Shown one piece after another: positions 10,601 through 19,422 of a DNA stretch of 64,000 bases. The DNA lies in the NCBI GenBank assembly GCA_963695345.1, contig OY968769.1, positions 2,304,001 to 2,368,000 on the forward strand, read 5' to 3'. The notes beneath the pieces were generated by a model. The model was given only the letters and a program-made list of their open reading frames with translations. It did not search any database and was not told where the DNA came from. Source of the DNA: an uncultured Methanomassiliicoccales archaeon. GTDB taxonomy: Archaea > Thermoplasmatota > Thermoplasmata > Methanomassiliicoccales > UBA472. A program made the position numbers and the translations under genes. Each line of letters starts with the position of its first letter. Position 1 is the stretch's first letter.

Positions 10601-12614
10601 CTCTCTGCATTGGTCGGAACCGGTGAACGGCGGGGGAACTCCCATCGCCTACTATTCCCTGTATCAGGGGGACTCACCCAGCTCAATGTCCCTGCTGACC
10701 TCGATCTCGTCCCGGTCCTATGACGTCTCCGGACTGGTGAACGGGCACCTCTATTACTTCGCGGTGTCGGCCACCAATGCCGTCGGCGAGGGTTCATTGA
10801 CCACGCCGCTGTCGGCAATGCCTTCCAAGACGCCATCGGTACCGCTGCAATTCGCCTCCGTCGCCGGGATCCGTCAAGTGGCCCTCAGTTGGTCTGCCCC
10901 CACGGACAACGGAGGCGCGGCCATCACCGGCTATCACCTGTACCGTTCCCTGACCGAGACAGGATCATACGATTTCGTGGTCTCCCTCGGGGCCACCTCA
11001 TATACCGATACCCAGCTGAACAACGGAGCGAAGTACTACTACCGTCTGGCCGCTGTGAACTCCGCCGGGGAGGGCCCGTACGCGGAAACCAGCGCCACCA
11101 CCTACTCGATCCCGGAACCATCGGTCCTCAACGCCACCGTGAGCGGACTGGATGTCCATCTCACCTGGTCCGCGTCGGAGAGCGCCACATCCTACCGCAT
11201 ATACCGCGGGGACGTATCCGGGGAGGAGACCTACCTCCGGTCAGCCCTGACCCTGGGCTACGTCGACGGACCGTTCGCCTCGGGACGCACCCTGTACTAC
11301 TACGTCACCTCGGTCAACGTGACCGGGGAGAGCGCGCATTCGAACGAGGCATCGGTCACCATCGTGACCCCCCCGTCGGCCCCCACCGATCTCACCGCTG
11401 AGATCGCCGGGACCAAGGCGGTCCTCAGATGGGAGGCGCCATCGAACCACGGCAGCTCCCCGACCCTGACATACCAGGTGCTGCGCGGACCCACCCATGG
11501 CTCCGAAGTGCCCATCGGCACGAGCACCACCACCACCTACAACGACACCACGATCGTCTCCCGGGAGCGCTACTACTACCAGGTTAAGGCGGTCAACTCC
11601 GCCGGCACCAGCGCCCCGTCGAACGAGGTGACCCTGCTCTACAGCAACACCTTCACCGCGCCGGTCCTGACGGTCAGCGCAGGCATAGAGAGGGTCCTGC
11701 TCAGATGGACCGTTCCATCCCAGACCAACGGTTACCCGCTGACCGGATATCAGGTCTACCGGGGAAGCACCAGCGGTTCAGAGACGTTCCTGATCGCGGT
11801 CAACGTCACCGAGATGACCGATACCAGCGTGATCGCGGGCCAGACCTACTACTACCAGGTCCGCGGCACCACCGCGGTGGAGACCGGGCCGGCCTCGAAC
11901 GAGGGGAGCGCCACTCCATACACCTATCCGGGCGTTCCCGCGTCGTTCGTGGCGACCCCCGCCGAACGCTCGGCCAACCTGAACTGGTCAGTCCCGACAT
12001 CGGATGGATTCTCCCCCATCCTCGGTTACCACGTCTTCCGGGGCGTCACCGTCAGCAACCTCAGCCAGGTGGCCTCCGTGACAACGCTCAGGCACCTGGA
12101 TGTCGGCCTCGCGGCGGGGACCACGTACTATTACCGGGTCGCCGCGTTCAACGCCGCCGGGGACGGCAACCTCTCCAGCCCCCTGGCGATAACCACTCCC
12201 ATAGTGATCGACCCGCCGATCGGCCTGACCGCCACCGGCGCAGAGGGCAAGATCACCCTCGTCTGGAACCAGCCGGCCGGGGCGAACGTGTTCACGTACA
12301 GCATATTCCGCGGGAACGGTACCGGCGAGGAGGTCTTCCTGATCAACTATCCGGCTACCAGCTGGGTCGACTTCAACGTCACCGCTGGCCAGAACTATTA
12401 CTACCGGGTCTCCGCGCTGACCATGAACGGCGAGAGCCAGATGTCCGAGGAGGCGGTGGCCTCTCCGAAGGCTTCCCACGTCGATCCGCATGACGGCCTG
12501 CTCGACCAGATGTGGTTCCGCGTTCTCATCATCATGGGCATCCTGGCGGGAGGTTTCTTCTCCTTCATCCTGTTCGTCAGGAAGGGCACGCTCCGGGTGA
12601 GGCGAGACCGGTAA
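7647..12614 (+). CDS. Membrane-anchored surface protein with about 16-17 fibronectin type III repeats
   Basis: Signal peptide, repeated W.AP..GGS.I..Y.IYR / YYY.VSAVN.VGEG units of about 95 aa, and a C-terminal TM with basic tail. Confidence 0.92.
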   Translation: MRETRPRYNSVCLLVALLLLVPLFSMNGLAAPVPDSPTDVTAWGSNSRITINWTAPVNTGGYPITGYSIYKGTSPTDMRVYVVVASTPFTYQDNVVENGQTYYYYVTAHNVNGEGAPSSTVSDMPLNVPSAPTAPTATSGIGQMIIGWNPPYNEGGSPVTNYRIYRGTSASLLLFLKDSAQTTATDSGLSNGQTYFYQISAVNAVGEGTKCAVFQGTLASAPGPLLDLQAVASDSKVTLTWTAPSDNGGSPVTGYIVYRSVASGEENVLQPVTATTYLDLNLVNGVTYYYQVSAVNAVGEGQPSSEVACTPAAVLGPPTSITAVPSNSVISMSWTAPANTGGSTASSYKIYRGTSATTLLFLASVTLTSYQDTGLTNGQIYFYKISSVNSVGEGAQSSAVGATPFSTPSVPLSLTGTSGNGGVSLDWSPPFSNGGSSVLRYHIYWSDSATGPWTMIDTLSAGTVYAHSGLTNGQTYYYQVAAVNSAGEGPRTATASATPHTVPSAPAIISATGGTGNVTLTWTAPASDGGSALTKYSVYRGTSSGSETFLRDAGQSLTVIDNTVSAGTTYYYRVTVWNSQGESPRSNGASATTFGAPTPPTALTCTAGDSLISLHWDAPGSDGGSSVLAYRVFFGSSPGVYSANQTVSSNSFLHGSLTNGVRYFYAVAAINSVGQGPLSAESSAVPMTNPTAPQSLLATAGVRQIYLSWQPPLVNGGSNVTGYKLYRGPTATSHSLIAVLGPEREFTDTGLLNGTTYHYSVSAINSQGESLRSLESSARTNSVPTVPTGLSVTAGNSQATLSWSAPSDNGGSAIGSYGIYRSTVQGSYVLVANTASLIYTDPGLTNGQRYYYAVSAVNPVGEGPRTVQLSVLPASIPSEPQWLMATPGVKSITLSWTAPTTDGGSPLLGYHILRGNAPGSETQYADVGTTSFADSSLDDGETHYYEVIAYNAIGNGPASDEVYATTLSLPSAPTFLQATVSDRSVSLHWSEPVNGGGTPIAYYSLYQGDSPSSMSLLTSISSRSYDVSGLVNGHLYYFAVSATNAVGEGSLTTPLSAMPSKTPSVPLQFASVAGIRQVALSWSAPTDNGGAAITGYHLYRSLTETGSYDFVVSLGATSYTDTQLNNGAKYYYRLAAVNSAGEGPYAETSATTYSIPEPSVLNATVSGLDVHLTWSASESATSYRIYRGDVSGEETYLRSALTLGYVDGPFASGRTLYYYVTSVNVTGESAHSNEASVTIVTPPSAPTDLTAEIAGTKAVLRWEAPSNHGSSPTLTYQVLRGPTHGSEVPIGTSTTTTYNDTTIVSRERYYYQVKAVNSAGTSAPSNEVTLLYSNTFTAPVLTVSAGIERVLLRWTVPSQTNGYPLTGYQVYRGSTSGSETFLIAVNVTEMTDTSVIAGQTYYYQVRGTTAVETGPASNEGSATPYTYPGVPASFVATPAERSANLNWSVPTSDGFSPILGYHVFRGVTVSNLSQVASVTTLRHLDVGLAAGTTYYYRVAAFNAAGDGNLSSPLAITTPIVIDPPIGLTATGAEGKITLVWNQPAGANVFTYSIFRGNGTGEEVFLINYPATSWVDFNVTAGQNYYYRVSALTMNGESQMSEEAVASPKASHVDPHDGLLDQMWFRVLIIMGILAGGFFSFILFVRKGTLRVRRDR

Positions 12615-12815
12615 GGAGGCCAAAGAGCGGTGATGAACGGGTAGGCACCTGGGAAACTCATTTTACAAAACATCAGTATTTTCTTATTATTGTTTATTAT
12701 CAAGTCCATATCACAATAATATCTTACAAATGTTTGACAAACAGGCCGATTAGGAAATCATTTTTGATAGCTATATCAGGCCATTTAATAGCCAATTAGC
12801 AGGTCAAGTCCTGCC

Positions 12816-15800
12816 ATGCGCCGGACGTACCTTAGTGCTCATCATCTACTCATAGCACTGGTACTGCTCCTGCCTGGACTGCTTCTTCCCTTTTCCATCA
12901 TGCCGATGGCATCGGAGCTATCGGTCGAAGCGGGGGACACGAGCGTCTCGGTGCAGACACATTTGATGACGGCCGATGAGGTAGCTCTACTACAGTCGGT
13001 CACCGGTACCTTCGTGAACGGGACGGACTACAACGTGATCATCGACGGGCACGGGACCGGACTGGCCCCGCCGACCGCCTCGCAGTACACGGACATGGTG
13101 GGGAACGTGCAGGTCACCGACTTGGTGCTGACCAGCCTCATGGCCCCGTCATCCTATGATATCTCAACCCAAGCCTATTTCCCGGTCGTCGGGAACCAGG
13201 GGAGCCAGGGGTCGTGCGCCGCCTGGGCCATGGCCTATTACGACTACGGTTACCTGGAGGCCAGGGACAATAACTGGACCGACGCCTCCACCGGCAACAC
13301 GGCCCATCTGATGAGCCCGGCCTGGGCCTACAACCGGGTCAACTTCGGGGTGGACCGCGGGACCTTCATGGACAACGTGGCCGACGTGATCTCCGACTGG
13401 GGGGTCGCCAGCCTAATGACGATGCCCTACCAGCAGTCCGATGTCAGAAGCTGGGGGACGGAGGCGGCGGCCCGCGAGGCCCCGCTGCACCGGTCTTCCG
13501 GCGTAAGCTACATCAGCTACAGTTCGTCCAACCCTTCAGCGGCGATCAACAACATCAAGAACCTGATCTCCGCCAACTCCCCGGTGACGTTCGCCATCGA
13601 CGCCAACGTGTTCTCCTCCTCGCTGGCGGACAACATCATCACCGCCAACGAGTACAACACGGTAAGCATGAACCATGCCCAGACCATCGTCGGCTATGAC
13701 GATTCCCGATCGGACGGCGTGCACTCCGACCTGGGCGCGTTCAAGGTGGTGAACTCCTGGGGGAAGAACTGGGGCAATGGAGGCTATTATTGGATCTCCT
13801 ACGACGCGATGAAGAAGATCGGGAACAATCTCTATCTCACCTACATCACGGACCAGCCTTCCTACCAGCCCAGCCTGCTTGCCATCATCGAGTTCAACAA
13901 CGCCCCGACCAGGGAAGCCTCGATCACCGTCGGTGTCGGCACCGTCGGTGGCTCCGACAAGATCATCCCCTATTTCGAGAAGAACTACGATTCCTCGGTG
14001 ACCGCCGCCTTCCCGTCGTTCCTGGCCATCGACATGACCGAGCTGCTGGCGAAATATCAGTCCGGCAAGACCAGCTTCTATTTGACCATGGGCTCGTCCA
14101 CCACCGCTGGAAACGTCTCCTCGTTCCGCATCGAACAGTATCAGAACGGTTACTCCTGCGCCGCCACGCAGGTCTCCGGCCAGTCACCGGATGTGCCGAA
14201 GGTGAACCCGGGCTCGGTGAGCGTGACATTGACGCCCTACGCCATCATTGCCCCGGAGACCGCCCTGGACAATTCCGGACTATCCATGACCGGCTCGGGT
14301 AACGCCCAGTGGTCCCCGGTGACCCGGGACTCCCATTACGGCGGCAGCGCCATGCAGAGCGGCAACGTGGGCAACGGCGCCAAGAGCACGCTGCAGACCA
14401 CCGTGCTCGGCCCTTCGGCCATCTCGTTCTGGTGGAAGACATCGACCGAGACCACCGACCTGGTGCGGTTCTATGTGGACTCGGTCAACCGGGCCAACGC
14501 CAGCGGCGCCACCGCCTGGTCGGAGGTGAGCATGGAGATCGCCTCGGGAACGCATGTGCTCAAATGGGAGTATGTGAAGGACGCATCCATAGCCGGGAAT
14601 CAGGACCTGGTGCTTCTCGATCAGATCGTTGCCACCTCGGGCAGCACCGTTCCGACCGCCCCCGCCGGCCTGTCCGCCACGGTCGGATCGAGCATTCAGC
14701 TCAACTGGTCGACCCCATCATCGAATGGCGGTTCGACCATAACGTCATACAACTTATACCGGGGGACATCCTCGGGAACGGAAACGCTCCTGACCAGTGT
14801 TCCGGCGTCCTCCCTGACCTATACCGACGGCAGCGCCGCCGTGAACCAGACCTACTTCTATCAGGTCACCGCCCGGAACTCGGTGGGCGAGTCGTCCCGG
14901 TCCAATGAGGCCAGTGCCAAGATACCGATATCGGTCCCGTCCGCCCCTGCCTCGATGGCCGCGGTGGCCGGGGCCTCCTTCATCGACCTCTCCTGGTCCT
15001 CGAACGGGATCAGCCTGACCGGTTTCCACCTTTACCGGGGCACCGTGTCCAACGGTGAGTCGTTGTTCCAGACCCTGCCACTATCGGCCCGCTCGTTCCG
15101 GGACAGCAACATCACGCCGGGAACCGTTTACTTCTATCGGGTAGACGCGTTCAACGACCTCGTCTCCTCCGCCTACAGCAACGAGGCGTCCGCCCGCATA
15201 CCTTCCGTTCCGAACGCCCCGACCGCCCTTGCCGGTACCGGCTCCACATCGGGAATATATCTCACCTGGGCCGCCCCGACCGACAATGGCGGTTCAGCCC
15301 TCCTCGGTTACCGGATCTACCGTGGAACCGTTGCCGGAGGCGAGTCCACCTCTCCCATCGTATCGCAGGTTTCGACCTCATACACCGATCTGAGCGCCCT
15401 CTCCGGAATCAGATATTACTATGTGGTCAAGGCGTACAACGCCATCGGGGATTCCGCCGTCAGCAATGAAGCGACCGCCATGGTGCCTACGCTCCCAGGG
15501 GCCCCCACCACGCTCAGCGCCACCGTCGCCGGCGCCTACATCCACCTGAGCTGGACGCTGCCCGTCGACAACGGAGGCGCCACCATCGACCGATACAATA
15601 TCTATCGCGGCATATACCCCGGCGCGGAGAGCGCGATCGCTCTCGGGACTTCCAGCGTAACCTCCTATGATGACGCGTCGGCGGTCCTGGGAACCCAATA
15701 CTACTATGTAGTCCGGGCGCACAACCAGGTCGGAGAATCCGCACCGAGCAACGAAGCATCCAGCCGGATCATCAATGCCCCGGACGCCCCCTCCTCCCTG

Positions 15801-18704
15801 ATGGCGAGCGTCACGCTCGGGCACGTTTCACTTTCCTGGATCGCTCCGTCCTCCAATGGCGGCAGCCCCGTGACCTCATACAAGATATGCCGCGGAGCCG
15901 CCGCAGACCCGGAGACGCATGTGCAGGTCGGCACTGCCATCGCCCCGGCCTATGATGACTCCCAGATCATTGTGGGACAGACCTACTATTACTCCGTGAG
16001 GGCGGTCAACATCGTGGGCAGCTCGGTGTCTAGCAACGTCGTTTCCGTCCTGGCGAAGGGGCTCGCGAGTGCGCCGGTCGCGCTCATCACGCAGATATCC
16101 GACCGATCGGTGCTCCTTTCCTGGTCAGAACCGACCAGCGATGGATTCTCAGCAATAACCGGCTACAAGGTGTACCGGTCCATGACACCCGGTACGGGGA
16201 CGCTTGCCGCCACCGTAACCGGGTCGTCGTTCACTGACAACGGCCTGGTCAACGGCGAACTGTACTACTATAGGGTATCGGCAGTGAACGCCATGGGTGA
16301 AGGACCCCTCTCATCGGAGGTCTATGATTCCCCGGCGACCGTCCCGGCGGCCCCTGCTGTGGCGGAAGCTACTTTCTCGATCGGGAATGTGGATCTGACG
16401 TGGTCGTCCATGGACGATGGCGGAAGGACGATATCCTGGTTCTCGGTATACCGCGGGAGTTCTCCGGACTTCGCCTCGGCATCACTGATGGCCGAACCCA
16501 TCACCGGGAACGCCTATCAAGATCCCACCGCGGCCGTCGGTTCCACCTACTACTATTTCGTCACCGCCACAAGCTCCATGGGCACCTCCGGTCCCGGTTC
16601 ATCAGGGCCGTTGCTCATCTCCATCTATCCATCGGCACCGGTATCGGTGGCCGCCACGGTGCAGTCCGACCATATCCAGCTCAGCTGGTCCCCCCCTCCG
16701 TCATCCGGTTCCTCCTTGGTGTCCGGGTATTACGTCTATCGTGCCCTGAGCTCGGGAGGGGGGACGGTCATCGCCCACCTGGGCGATGTGATGGCATACA
16801 GCGATACCGCGGTCAGTCTGGGCCAGGTCTATTACTATTGCGTTAAGGCCGAGAACCAGAACGGCTCCGGCCCGCTCTCCGCGGAGGTGCATGCCATCTA
16901 CGCGCAGGTCCCCGGTTCACCCACCGAGCTGACCGTCGCCGGTGCCATCGGTAACGCCCGGTTGACTTGGTCCGCCCCGGCACAGAACGGCGCTCCCATT
17001 CTGGGCTACACCGTTCGCGCATGGACAACGGACAGCGCTCCGTCGGTCGTGGCACAGGCAGGGGCGGATTCGTCATCGGCACTCATCAGCGGCCTGATCA
17101 ACGGGGTCCAGTACTGGTTCACCGTAGCAGCCTCGAACCTTGCCGGCGAGGGGTCCCCCAGCTCCTCCGCGACCTGCTGGATAGGAACCGTTCCCAGCGC
17201 TCCGTCGGCAATATCCGCGTCCCAGGGCAACGGCACGATATCGATTTCATGGGCTCCGCCTACATCGAACGGCGGCATCGCCGGGCTGAACTACCAATTG
17301 TGGCGTTCATCAACGGGAGGCAGCACCCTGATCGCGTCATTGGACGGATCGGCAAGGACCTACGTCGATGGTTCGGTCATAGCCGGAACCGCCTACCACT
17401 ATTCGATGGCCGCATCGAACTCGATCGGGTCCAGCCCAATGTCGGTTCCGGTGGACGCGTACGCAGCTACGGTCCCAGGGGCGCCTTCCCTGGTCGTGGT
17501 CGAACCGGGCGTGTCATCCATCCTGGTGGTCTGGACGGTGCCGGAGGACGGCGGGTCCTCTCTGTCCGGATTCGCTGTCTATCGGTCCGCCGGGGCAGGG
17601 TGGCAGCTGCTCTCCACATTGTCTGACCCATCCACCACCGCTTATCGGGACCAGACCGTGGTCGGCGGAATATCATACCAATATCGGGTCGCGGCGATCA
17701 ACTCGGTGGGAGAGGGTTTCCAATCTAGTGGGTCCCCATATTTTTCCACCATATCAGTTCCATCGACATTCGGTATGGAAGCCTACGTGGGAGACTCAAA
17801 CGTCACGCTCGCATGGGATATGCCAAGCAGCCACGGAACACCTTTGCTCGGCTTCACCATCGTCCGGACCGAAATCGCGACCGGAACGGTAACCATGGCC
17901 AATGTCTCTTCGTCGGGATCCGTATTCACCGACAATGGCGTGATCCCGGGCAAGGAATACCTGTACCAGATCATCGCGTTCAATGCCGCGGGCTCTGTTT
18001 CGACCGGGCCGGTATCGGTTCGTTCGCTGCGCAACGTCACCATCGACATGCGGGTGGTTCCCTTCCAGAACAGCATTTCCGTATCGGGAGTGGTCGCTAA
18101 CCTTTCCGGCAATGGAATCGGCGGTCAGACGGTGACGATCTATCTAAGCACCAGCATGTCGGGGGATTGGACAGAAGTTGGGCGAACGACCACCACCGCC
18201 AGCGGCAAGTTCTCTTCACTGCTCAGTGCCAGTGCCGGAATAATCCGTCTGATGGCGGTGCTTTCGGATGACGGTACGCACGGGCCGATATCCATAGAAC
18301 AGACCGTAGGGTCCCTGAGATTGAGGAACGGGGACCTGGCCAGCATATCATCCAATTCGGTGGTCTCGGGAGCCATCAGCAGCAGCACGGAGGACCGGAT
18401 AACTTTCAGCCTCGAACAGACCGGTACGGCAAATGTCACCATTCCCAAGAACTCAGTGTCCAGTCTCGATATGATCGGGGTCACCATCGGAGGCAGGCAG
18501 GGAAGCTATCGGGTAACCGAGACCGATGACCAATATATTTTCACCTTATTCGATGTCGAGGCTGGCCAGATAATCTCTCTGAGCATTGGACAGGCATCTA
18601 CCGATGACAACATTCCGACAATGGCTGGTCTGGGGTTGCTTTTCGGAGCCTGCGCCTGCGCCTTCATATATTGGCGTGGCCGATCGAAAGAACGGAGACG
18701 ATGA
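12816..18704 (+). CDS. Surface papain-family (C1A) cysteine protease with about 12 FN3 repeats and C-terminal TM anchor
   Basis: NQGSQGSCAAWA (Gln/Cys), NHAQTIVGY (His) and VVNSWG (Asn) form the catalytic set. Followed by an FN3 array and a TM helix with a RGRSKERRR tail. Confidence 0.9.
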   Translation: MRRTYLSAHHLLIALVLLLPGLLLPFSIMPMASELSVEAGDTSVSVQTHLMTADEVALLQSVTGTFVNGTDYNVIIDGHGTGLAPPTASQYTDMVGNVQVTDLVLTSLMAPSSYDISTQAYFPVVGNQGSQGSCAAWAMAYYDYGYLEARDNNWTDASTGNTAHLMSPAWAYNRVNFGVDRGTFMDNVADVISDWGVASLMTMPYQQSDVRSWGTEAAAREAPLHRSSGVSYISYSSSNPSAAINNIKNLISANSPVTFAIDANVFSSSLADNIITANEYNTVSMNHAQTIVGYDDSRSDGVHSDLGAFKVVNSWGKNWGNGGYYWISYDAMKKIGNNLYLTYITDQPSYQPSLLAIIEFNNAPTREASITVGVGTVGGSDKIIPYFEKNYDSSVTAAFPSFLAIDMTELLAKYQSGKTSFYLTMGSSTTAGNVSSFRIEQYQNGYSCAATQVSGQSPDVPKVNPGSVSVTLTPYAIIAPETALDNSGLSMTGSGNAQWSPVTRDSHYGGSAMQSGNVGNGAKSTLQTTVLGPSAISFWWKTSTETTDLVRFYVDSVNRANASGATAWSEVSMEIASGTHVLKWEYVKDASIAGNQDLVLLDQIVATSGSTVPTAPAGLSATVGSSIQLNWSTPSSNGGSTITSYNLYRGTSSGTETLLTSVPASSLTYTDGSAAVNQTYFYQVTARNSVGESSRSNEASAKIPISVPSAPASMAAVAGASFIDLSWSSNGISLTGFHLYRGTVSNGESLFQTLPLSARSFRDSNITPGTVYFYRVDAFNDLVSSAYSNEASARIPSVPNAPTALAGTGSTSGIYLTWAAPTDNGGSALLGYRIYRGTVAGGESTSPIVSQVSTSYTDLSALSGIRYYYVVKAYNAIGDSAVSNEATAMVPTLPGAPTTLSATVAGAYIHLSWTLPVDNGGATIDRYNIYRGIYPGAESAIALGTSSVTSYDDASAVLGTQYYYVVRAHNQVGESAPSNEASSRIINAPDAPSSLMASVTLGHVSLSWIAPSSNGGSPVTSYKICRGAAADPETHVQVGTAIAPAYDDSQIIVGQTYYYSVRAVNIVGSSVSSNVVSVLAKGLASAPVALITQISDRSVLLSWSEPTSDGFSAITGYKVYRSMTPGTGTLAATVTGSSFTDNGLVNGELYYYRVSAVNAMGEGPLSSEVYDSPATVPAAPAVAEATFSIGNVDLTWSSMDDGGRTISWFSVYRGSSPDFASASLMAEPITGNAYQDPTAAVGSTYYYFVTATSSMGTSGPGSSGPLLISIYPSAPVSVAATVQSDHIQLSWSPPPSSGSSLVSGYYVYRALSSGGGTVIAHLGDVMAYSDTAVSLGQVYYYCVKAENQNGSGPLSAEVHAIYAQVPGSPTELTVAGAIGNARLTWSAPAQNGAPILGYTVRAWTTDSAPSVVAQAGADSSSALISGLINGVQYWFTVAASNLAGEGSPSSSATCWIGTVPSAPSAISASQGNGTISISWAPPTSNGGIAGLNYQLWRSSTGGSTLIASLDGSARTYVDGSVIAGTAYHYSMAASNSIGSSPMSVPVDAYAATVPGAPSLVVVEPGVSSILVVWTVPEDGGSSLSGFAVYRSAGAGWQLLSTLSDPSTTAYRDQTVVGGISYQYRVAAINSVGEGFQSSGSPYFSTISVPSTFGMEAYVGDSNVTLAWDMPSSHGTPLLGFTIVRTEIATGTVTMANVSSSGSVFTDNGVIPGKEYLYQIIAFNAAGSVSTGPVSVRSLRNVTIDMRVVPFQNSISVSGVVANLSGNGIGGQTVTIYLSTSMSGDWTEVGRTTTTASGKFSSLLSASAGIIRLMAVLSDDGTHGPISIEQTVGSLRLRNGDLASISSNSVVSGAISSSTEDRITFSLEQTGTANVTIPKNSVSSLDMIGVTIGGRQGSYRVTETDDQYIFTLFDVEAGQIISLSIGQASTDDNIPTMAGLGLLFGACACAFIYWRGRSKERRR

Positions 18705-18879
18705 TCTGGATCCGGTCGTTCTCGTGCATCGATGCGCAGGTCAATGAAATGTGACCACGACGGTCCAGTAGATAAGCCGTTCCGTGGGGCTCCTCTCTAA
18801 TCAGCCGTGATCTAGGAAATGAATCGTTCTCCTTGATCCTCATAGTCTTACCTGCTCGTCATTCTGACCTCATTCTGAT

Positions 18880-19345
18880 TTCATTTTGAACTATTCCGCA
18901 GGCAAATTTCAGTTTTGAAAATGAACGACGTGAGAATTCAGGCTCAACACTACCCAGACACTCCAAACAAAGGTTTGAGTTAAGTTTTATCGGGCATTAT
19001 TTCCCTATTCATAATTCAATAAAAATCTATTTCAAATAAAAATATCATCAGAAATTTTATATAAATATTATATGCTGGGCATCATTTGATGAAGTCGTTA
19101 CTTCAAGACAATGACTGAAAATGTTACCTAAAAAAATTACAATTATTAATAGTATATTTAATCCAGTCAAAATCTATTAACTATTTGACTCACACATTTA
19201 ATATGAATAATATTCTTACTAATATTGTATAATAGCGATGCCAGTAATAATTTTCATTAATTGTAATAATTCAAAAATTGGAGCTACAATAATTACTCTG
19301 CGTTAACTAAACTATATATATCTTTTTCCTCAATTGTTTGTATGT
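18880..19345. promoter_or_regulatory. Long, very AT-rich intergenic/promoter region
   Basis: A visibly A/T-dominated stretch in a GC-rich background with several TATA-like boxes (TTTTATATA, TTTAATAT, TATATATA). Lies upstream of the AGGAGG-led gene at 19423. Confidence 0.55.
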
Positions 19346-19422
19346 GAAAATAGCCCGGAGACAAGCCGCCTACTGAGTCATGAAGGGCTCGTCTTTGGAA
19401 CTTTAAGGGGAGGAGGGGTAAA

